From the NCBI GenBank assembly GCA_050251875.1, contig JBFWMA010000005.1:32001-96000 (forward strand): a stretch of DNA of 64,000 bases. Reading direction: 5' to 3'. The position numbers and the translations under genes were made by a program. The notes under the pieces are model-generated. The model ran no database searches and was not told the DNA's origin. It saw only the letters and a list, made by a program, of their open reading frames with translations. The DNA comes from Deferribacterales bacterium. Its GTDB lineage: Bacteria; Chrysiogenota; Deferribacteres; Deferribacterales; Geovibrionaceae. This document shows, in pieces, positions 58,256 to 64,000 of this stretch (within the stretch, counting starts at the first letter, position 1; the number at the start of each line of letters is the position of its first letter).

Positions 58256-58450
58256 ATGCCGTCTATTACAATCCAGATTTCTAATCAATCCCCGGAAAAG
58301 AAAAAAGCCATTATCGAAAAACTCACAGCCGCAGCAGCCGAAGCAACAGGAATAGATGCGGGCAAGTTTGTCGTATTTATTTCTGAACATGAAACAGACT
58401 CTATCGGAGTCGGCGGGAAAGTTCTTAAGGATATGCTTGCAGGAAAGTAA
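58256..58450 (+). CDS. 4-oxalocrotonate tautomerase family protein
   Basis: Catalytic Pro after the initiator Met, 64 aa, IGVGGK; GAGG RBS. Confidence 0.9.
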   Translation: MPSITIQISNQSPEKKKAIIEKLTAAAAEATGIDAGKFVVFISEHETDSIGVGGKVLKDMLAGK

Positions 58451-58455
58451 ATAAT

Positions 58456-58627
58456 GTAGGGCGGCATTTTATATGCCGCCGAAATTCCGGAGGGGTGTAA
58501 AACCCCGACATACTGTTCGCGGGTGTTTCTGCTCCCAGCTTGCTGGTAAAACCCCGCTCAACTTTTGCGGGTGTTTCTGCTCCCAGCTTGCTGGTAAAAC
58601 CCCGCTCAACTTTTGCGGGTGTTTCTG
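58456..58627. repeat. REP doublet followed by a 48-bp tandem repeat (2 copies plus partial)
   Basis: GTAGGGCGGCATTTTATATGCCGCCG...GGGGTGTAAAACCCC; then GCGGGTGTTTCTGCTCCCAGCTTGCTGGTAAAACCCCGCTCAACTTTT at 58519 and 58567, partial at 58615. Confidence 0.85.
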
Positions 58628-58641
58628 TTTTGATGTGCAGA

Positions 58642-58989
58642 TTAATGTTTTATGATGATGGCGAGGAAAGATACGGGTGAATCGGACTCGTTCACCAGAC
58701 TGTGCCATTCTCCGTTACGGGTAACCATAAGATCACCAGCGTTCAGAACGTCCTCAGTGCCGTTGTCTTCGGTTTTTGCAGTGCCGTCCAGCATCAGGTA
58801 CAGCTCCATGTCTCCAACGTGCTGATGATAGCCTATGGAGCTTCCGGGGTTCAGCGACATCATCGCCATGTTTGTTATCTCCCCTTTGTATCCGCAGGCT
58901 GCTTCGTAAGCCATTCTGACGGCTGTTCCTGTGCCTCCTCTGGGTTTTTCCATTGTCTGCGCCGATAATGTTTCCGCTCTTACGATCAT
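58642..58989 (-). CDS. Cupin domain protein
   Basis: PGSSIGYHQH...ELYLMLDG...GEWHSLVN. Confidence 0.9.
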   Translation of the reverse strand: MIVRAETLSAQTMEKPRGGTGTAVRMAYEAACGYKGEITNMAMMSLNPGSSIGYHQHVGDMELYLMLDGTAKTEDNGTEDVLNAGDLMVTRNGEWHSLVNESDSPVSFLAIIIKH

Positions 58990-59026
58990 TGTATATCTCC
59001 TGTTTTTCCTTCTGTTATAGAAGTCG

Positions 59027-60385
59027 TTATATGTTTTCCAGAATGTCTTTAACCGCTATCAGTCCGGACACGGACGCCTGTATGATGCCTCTGGTGAGTC
59101 CGGCTCCGTCTCCTGTGCAGTAGAGGTTCGCCAGTCCTTTACACCGCATGTTTTTATCCACTTTTATCCTGACGGAATAGAATTTTACCTCCACTCCGTA
59201 CATAAGCGTGTTCGGGTCTGCCATGCCGGGCATGACCTTGTCCAGCTGTTCTATGGTCTCTTTCAGGTCGTGCAGATATCTGTACGGCAGAACAAATGAC
59301 AGGTCGCCGGGCAGAGCTGTTTTCAGCGTGGGCACGACAAAGTTTTTGCGTATTCTGCTTTCGGTGCTTCTGCGTCCTCTGATGAGATCGCCGTATCTTT
59401 GGACGATGACGTTGTTTCCGCCCAGCATGTTCGCCAGATTGGCTATGTACTGACCGTATTTCAAAGGCTCGTCAAAAGGCTCGGTGAATTTGGTGGACAC
59501 CAGCAGGGCGAAGTTGGTGTTTTCGCTCTTTTTGTTTTTATAGCTGTGTCCGTTCACGGTGAGCAGTCCGCCGGAGTTTTTTTCCACAGAGATGAATCCG
59601 CCGGGGTTCACACAGAAGGTGCGCACCTCGTCCTCGAATCCGCTGGTGAAATATTTTATCTTGAACTCATAAAGGTTATCGGTGAATTTATCCGTCACCG
59701 ATCTGGGCACTTCCACCCGGATGCCTATGTCCACGGGGTTCATGCCGTAATCGATGTTGTATTTTCTTACCATCTCCTGCATCCAGCCGTTGCCGGAGCG
59801 CCCAACGCCTATGATTATTTTGTCATAGTGTCTGACCTCACGTTTCCCGTTGTGCTCGGTCTCTATGCCGGTGACGACTCCGTCCTCTACTATCAGGTCG
59901 GTTACGGGGGTTTCGCAGAAGAGTTTTATGTTGTCTGACTGTTTTATCATGTCATAGATGCGTCTGATGAACAGCAGACAGTTGTCTGTGCCCAGATGGC
60001 GAATCTTTGCTGGATACAGCTTCAGCTTGTGCCTGCTGCACTCATACTGAAGATCTTTCGAGGTCTCATAGCTGAATCCGGATTCGGTTTCCAGAACTCC
60101 GCTGACGTTCTTCCACATATCGTCCGCTTCGTCTATCAGCTTTTCCAACTCGTCTTCCGGCATATAGTCGGTGAGCCATCCGCCGTATTCCGTGGTGAGA
60201 GTCAGCTTGCCGTCGGAATAGGCTCCCGCCCCTCCGAACCCTTCCATCACCTCGTTTCTGTTTCTGGTCTCTATGGATTTGCCTTTTTCATAGATATCCG
60301 CCTCTATGCCCGCTTTGTTCAGCAGGTTATACGCGGCTGTCATCCCCGAGCTTCCGGCACCTATTATAGCTATTCTCATTTTCAC
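59027..60385 (-). CDS. NAD(P)/FAD-dependent oxidoreductase, uncharacterised dehydrogenase family
   Basis: IIGAGSSG, GFGGAGAYSDGKL, RHLGTD, VRTFCVNPGG, GDGAGLTRG. Confidence 0.9.
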   Translation of the reverse strand: MKMRIAIIGAGSSGMTAAYNLLNKAGIEADIYEKGKSIETRNRNEVMEGFGGAGAYSDGKLTLTTEYGGWLTDYMPEDELEKLIDEADDMWKNVSGVLETESGFSYETSKDLQYECSRHKLKLYPAKIRHLGTDNCLLFIRRIYDMIKQSDNIKLFCETPVTDLIVEDGVVTGIETEHNGKREVRHYDKIIIGVGRSGNGWMQEMVRKYNIDYGMNPVDIGIRVEVPRSVTDKFTDNLYEFKIKYFTSGFEDEVRTFCVNPGGFISVEKNSGGLLTVNGHSYKNKKSENTNFALLVSTKFTEPFDEPLKYGQYIANLANMLGGNNVIVQRYGDLIRGRRSTESRIRKNFVVPTLKTALPGDLSFVLPYRYLHDLKETIEQLDKVMPGMADPNTLMYGVEVKFYSVRIKVDKNMRCKGLANLYCTGDGAGLTRGIIQASVSGLIAVKDILENI

Positions 60386-60864
60386 ACTCTCTTTATCTCA
60401 GCATCAAAAATTCCCTTATCAATGGTAAGTATAGCATAAGTGTGGTGCGGTTCCGTCCTTTTGTTGGTGGGGCTGCCTGGGTTCAGGAAGTGGACGCCGC
60501 CTATCATGCCCCAGAAGGGCTTGTGGGTGTGTCCGTAAATGATTAGATCGACATCCTGAAAGGTATACAGAAGTCTGTTTTCTATTCCGTAAGGATTACC
60601 CGATCCGTGAGATATTCCGATGCGCACTCCGTCCAGCTCGATCTTTCTGGTGAGGGGCAGTCTGTCGTCTCCGAGGTTGGGATCCATATTTCCCCTGACG
60701 GCATAGACGTTTGGGTTGATATGCATAAGATCATGGATAATTTTATAGCTGACTATATCCCCAGCGTGAATAATTCCATCGCATTTTGCTGCCTCGTCTG
60801 TTATAATAACTGGCAGTTTATCTATTGAATCGGTGTGCGTATCTGATATGATAAGTAACTTCAT
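60382..60864 (-). CDS. YfcE/MJ0936-like metallophosphoesterase
   Basis: ISDTH, HAGD, VRGNMD, HG, GHTHKP, LNPGS. Confidence 0.92.
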   Translation of the reverse strand: MKLLIISDTHTDSIDKLPVIITDEAAKCDGIIHAGDIVSYKIIHDLMHINPNVYAVRGNMDPNLGDDRLPLTRKIELDGVRIGISHGSGNPYGIENRLLYTFQDVDLIIYGHTHKPFWGMIGGVHFLNPGSPTNKRTEPHHTYAILTIDKGIFDAEIKRV

Positions 60865-60953
60865 TTGATAAATATCAGCGTGATTTTCTGCAAAGTCAAT
60901 ACATAAAAAAGCAGAAAATATCCGTTAAAATGTTAATCTGACCGGAGAGATTA

Positions 60954-62096
60954 ATGAACATTCCTTTTTTCAGCGAGATATGCGCGCTGGTAAAAGAGGG
61001 CGGGTTTGAGGCTTATCTCGTGGGCGGCTGCGTGCGGGATGTTATCCTGAACCGAGACGTCAACGACCTGGATATGATATGTATGTCCCACGACTACCGC
61101 AGTTTTGCCCATTCTGTACGGATACTTCTGCCGTCAGCATGGGTAGAGTTCAAGGATAACGTGCGGCTCGTCTGTCCCAATCTGGAGATAGACGTATCAA
61201 AACCCAGGGGAGAGACCCTTCCGGAAGACCTGGGAAAAAGAGATTTTACCATCAACAGCCTCGCCATGGATTTTGACGGCAAAATTTACGGCGACAGATC
61301 TGATATAGACAACAGGCTCATACGCCATGTGAGCGAAACCACCTTCACAGATGACCCCCTGCGCATGCTCAGGACATTCCGCTTCGTTGCCCAGCTGGGT
61401 TTTCAGGTTTGTCCGGAGACCATAGCCAAGATACACGCCGAAAAGCATCTGATAAAAGAGAGTCCGAAAGAGAGGATACTTCAGGAGCTGTCGAAGCTGT
61501 TCAAAGGTCCTTTCGCCGATACTGCTCTGTCTCTGATGAACGACTGCGGGCTGTATCCGCTGATATTCGAAAACCATGAATACGGATGCCTCAGTCTGGA
61601 ATCATGCAGAACAGGAAAAGGATTCGAATTTTTTCTTTCCGCTCTTATTTATGAGGACAACGACATCAAGCCTCTGCTGAGCTCGCTCAGCCTGTCCAAC
61701 GCCTCATCCAGAAAAGCGGTAAGAACATCCGAAGCCGCCGATAAGCTCTATAATAATTTTAAAAACTTTGATATATTTGAGCTGAGAAAGCTGATATACG
61801 CCTACAGCGATGAGCTGGAGGACGCCTTGGAGCTTTTCAGCGCCGCTGCCAAATGCGACACACTGGAGCTGGCGGATATAGACGCCCATGTGCATAAGGT
61901 CATGCTGGAGACCGGACAGGTGGATTTCGAGACTCCCATGCGCCTGAACGGCGGATTCCTGATGAATCTGGGGATCAAGGCGGGTCGGCTGATGGGCGAG
62001 ATAATTGACGAAGTGCGCCCTCTGCTGGCATCCGGCGAGATACATGGTCTGGAAGAGGCGGAGAAATACATCAAAGACAAATGGGGTAACGGATGA
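60954..62096 (+). CDS. Class II tRNA nucleotidyltransferase, probably CC-adding
   Basis: YLVGGCVRD, DLD, EDLGKRDFTINSLA, DDPLRMLRTFRF, ERILQEL. Confidence 0.85.
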   Translation: MNIPFFSEICALVKEGGFEAYLVGGCVRDVILNRDVNDLDMICMSHDYRSFAHSVRILLPSAWVEFKDNVRLVCPNLEIDVSKPRGETLPEDLGKRDFTINSLAMDFDGKIYGDRSDIDNRLIRHVSETTFTDDPLRMLRTFRFVAQLGFQVCPETIAKIHAEKHLIKESPKERILQELSKLFKGPFADTALSLMNDCGLYPLIFENHEYGCLSLESCRTGKGFEFFLSALIYEDNDIKPLLSSLSLSNASSRKAVRTSEAADKLYNNFKNFDIFELRKLIYAYSDELEDALELFSAAAKCDTLELADIDAHVHKVMLETGQVDFETPMRLNGGFLMNLGIKAGRLMGEIIDEVRPLLASGEIHGLEEAEKYIKDKWGNG

Positions 62097-62857
62097 AATT
62101 TTGCAGATTCGCCGATGGCAAGTTTGAGAAAAAAGGGATAATAGACGGAAAACTGATAAGAGAGATCGAAGGCTCTATGTTCGGCGAATATGTCGTGACA
62201 GAAAATACTTACAGTGTCGATGACGCTGTTTTTCTGCCCCCCGTTCTGCCGTCCAAGTTTGTTTGCGTTGCCAGAAACTATGTGGAACACGCAAAGGAGC
62301 TGGGAAACGATGTTCCGGAAGTCCCCATGATATTCATGAAACCCTCCACAGCGGTGAACTCACACGGAGCGGAAGTTATCATTCCGGCGGAGAGCCAGCA
62401 GGTGGATTATGAAGGCGAGCTCGCCGTGGTGATAGGCAAAAAATGCAGAAAAGTGAAGCGTGAGGACGCTGAGAGCGTAATTTTCGGCTATACCTGCATA
62501 AATGACTATACAGCAAGGGATTTGCAGAAAATAGACACGAAATTTACCCGGGCAAAAGGGTTCGATTCGTTCGCTCCCATCGGTCCGTGCATAGAGACTG
62601 ACTTCGACTGGAAAACAGCCAGAGTGAAAACATTCGTCAACGGAGAGAAGAGGCAGGACGGCACAGCCGACCTGATGATGTTTGATGTGCCTTCTCTGAT
62701 AGAGTTCATGAGCGGGATAATGACACTGCTCCCCGGCGATGTGATAGCCACGGGAACACCAGCCGGAGTGGGCAGGGTGGAGGTAGGCGACACTGTGGAC
62801 GTGGAGATAGACGGCATCGGACGCCTGAGCAACACAATAGTAAAAGATGAGCTGTAA
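62093..62857 (+). CDS. Fumarylacetoacetate hydrolase family protein
   Basis: RNYVEH, FMKP, DYEGEL, NDYTARD, TLLPGDVIATGTPAGVG. Confidence 0.93.
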   Translation: MKFCRFADGKFEKKGIIDGKLIREIEGSMFGEYVVTENTYSVDDAVFLPPVLPSKFVCVARNYVEHAKELGNDVPEVPMIFMKPSTAVNSHGAEVIIPAESQQVDYEGELAVVIGKKCRKVKREDAESVIFGYTCINDYTARDLQKIDTKFTRAKGFDSFAPIGPCIETDFDWKTARVKTFVNGEKRQDGTADLMMFDVPSLIEFMSGIMTLLPGDVIATGTPAGVGRVEVGDTVDVEIDGIGRLSNTIVKDEL

Positions 62858-63086
62858 GATAGACTGCCTGATGTGCGGCACATGCTGCACGGCGTTCGAT
62901 ATAAAAGAGATAGACAAAAAAGCTGGGGAGCGGTGCAAATATCTTTCGCCGGACAACCTCTGCACCATCTATGATACAAGACCATGGGGATGTAAGGGAT
63001 ACAGACCCGATGAGCTGTGTGTGCTCGTCAGCACGCTGAAAGACGAGGACAAGATAAAGGTCTACCGAAATATTTACGGTGTTTAA
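62847..63086 (+). CDS. YkgJ-family cysteine cluster protein
   Basis: CLMCGTCC...CKYL...CTIYDTRPWGC. Confidence 0.85.
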   Translation: MSCKIDCLMCGTCCTAFDIKEIDKKAGERCKYLSPDNLCTIYDTRPWGCKGYRPDELCVLVSTLKDEDKIKVYRNIYGV

Positions 63087-63091
63087 AAGAA

Positions 63092-63124
63092 ATCCCTCCT
63101 GACCTCCCTTTGGTAAAGGGAGGA
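63092..63124. repeat. Short palindromic element
   Basis: TCCCTCCTGACCTCCCTTT-GGT-AAAGGGAGGA hairpin within an operon-like run. Confidence 0.5.
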
Positions 63125-63141
63125 ATGGTTACAGGTGATAA

Positions 63142-63774
63142 ATGTATTTAGGACTCACTGGAAACATTGCCAGCGGCAAGAGTACCGCCGCCATGTTCTT
63201 TGAAAAGCACGGGTGCTACTGCATAGACGCGGATGAGATAAGCCGCATAGTGATGAGCCCGGGTGAAGAGGCGTATGAAGGCGTTGTGCGTGAGTTCGGA
63301 AGAGGCGTTGTCCGTGACGATGACGGCACTCTGGACAGAAAAAAAATTAGGGATATAGTCTTCAGCGATCCGGTGAAGCGCAAAGTGCTGGAGCTGATAG
63401 TGCACCCCGCCATTCTGGAATATGAGCAGAAGGCAGTGGGCAGGATAAAAGGCAAGGACGATAAGGCGCTGATCATCACTCAGGCGGCGCTCACTGTGGA
63501 GTCCGGCAGCTATAAACGTTTTGACGCTGTGATTGTGGTGTATACAGACCCCAAAATACAGCTGGAAAGGGTGATGAAGCGGGATTCCATCAGCATGGAA
63601 GAAGCCAGAAAGATCATCGCCGCTCAGATGCCTATAGACGAAAAAATCAAATACGCACAGTTTATAATAAATAATTCAACCGACATGGACGGTCTGGAGA
63701 GAGAAGTCAGGCGTGTTCATGAACTTATTCGCATGGTCATGAAATGTTCAAAACAGGGAGGAAAGGATGCATGA
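63142..63774 (+). CDS. coaE: Dephospho-CoA kinase
   Basis: GLTGNIASGKST, IDAD, LDRKK, IVHP, QMP..EK. Confidence 0.95.
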   Translation: MYLGLTGNIASGKSTAAMFFEKHGCYCIDADEISRIVMSPGEEAYEGVVREFGRGVVRDDDGTLDRKKIRDIVFSDPVKRKVLELIVHPAILEYEQKAVGRIKGKDDKALIITQAALTVESGSYKRFDAVIVVYTDPKIQLERVMKRDSISMEEARKIIAAQMPIDEKIKYAQFIINNSTDMDGLEREVRRVHELIRMVMKCSKQGGKDA

Positions 63775-64000
63775 GCTCGGTATAGCGTCCAGCCTGATCG
63801 AGATAGTCATAGAGACTGCCGAGGCGAACGAAGCCAAGATAGTCCACACCGTGACTGCAAAGATCGGAAAACTGGCGGGGGTTGACTCAAACGCCCTTTA
63901 TTTCGCATATGACGCTGTGAAAGAGGAATACCCTCTTCTGAAAGATTCTAAACTAATCATCGAAATAGTCCCCATAACGGGGCAGTGCGAGGACTGCGGA
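63767..64000 (+). CDS. hypA: Hydrogenase maturation nickel chaperone HypA, partial
   Basis: Manual translation MHELGIASSLIEIV...IGKLAGVDSNALYFAYD...GQCEDCG; runs off the window end. Confidence 0.92.
   Translation, partial: MHELGIASSLIEIVIETAEANEAKIVHTVTAKIGKLAGVDSNALYFAYDAVKEEYPLLKDSKLIIEIVPITGQCEDCG

Noticed and set aside
58469..58708. Short ORFs with repeated peptides (KHPQKLSGVLPASWEQ) and a possible mini-CRISPR
   Set aside because: Translations of the 48-bp tandem repeat and REP; no spacers and no protein-like features.

Overview
Core-chromosome segment of an anaerobic Gram-negative bacterium. 16S motifs and gene content suggest Deferribacterota (Seleniivibrio/Denitrovibrio/Geovibrio-like); this is an inference, not a search result. 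Main contents: (1) a complete rrn operon (16S-tRNA-Ile-tRNA-Ala-23S-5S) behind four tandem sigma70 promoters; (2) ndk-thrC-queA-tgt-yajC-secD-secF, gdhA, catalase, and tatA/B-tatC-moaA-larA-like genes; (3) a sigma54/sigma28 flagellar cluster (unknown lipoprotein-flgFGA-flgHIJ-flgMNKL-fliW-csrA) with a 1274-aa FlgL; (4) zur-znuA and a two-gene group 1 [NiFe]-hydrogenase with Asp at a proximal Fe-S ligand position; (5) a Fic gene, hisZ-purA, four tRNAs, a probable CC-adding nucleotidyltransferase, coaE and a partial hypA. No transposase, integrase, prophage or CRISPR array was seen. The most striking unexplained signal is a dispersed ~105-136-nt structured intergenic element, with five full copies at four sites. 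Its stems covary while its loops keep GGA motifs matching the CsrA/RsmA-binding consensus, and csrA-fliW lies in the same window. It is a candidate repeat-encoded CsrA-binding RNA family. Other notable items: a cysteine-less CsoR/RcnR-family repressor with a perfect 24-bp operator, a Zur-like box beside the flagellar sigma54 promoter, and REP/REPIN-type palindromes.
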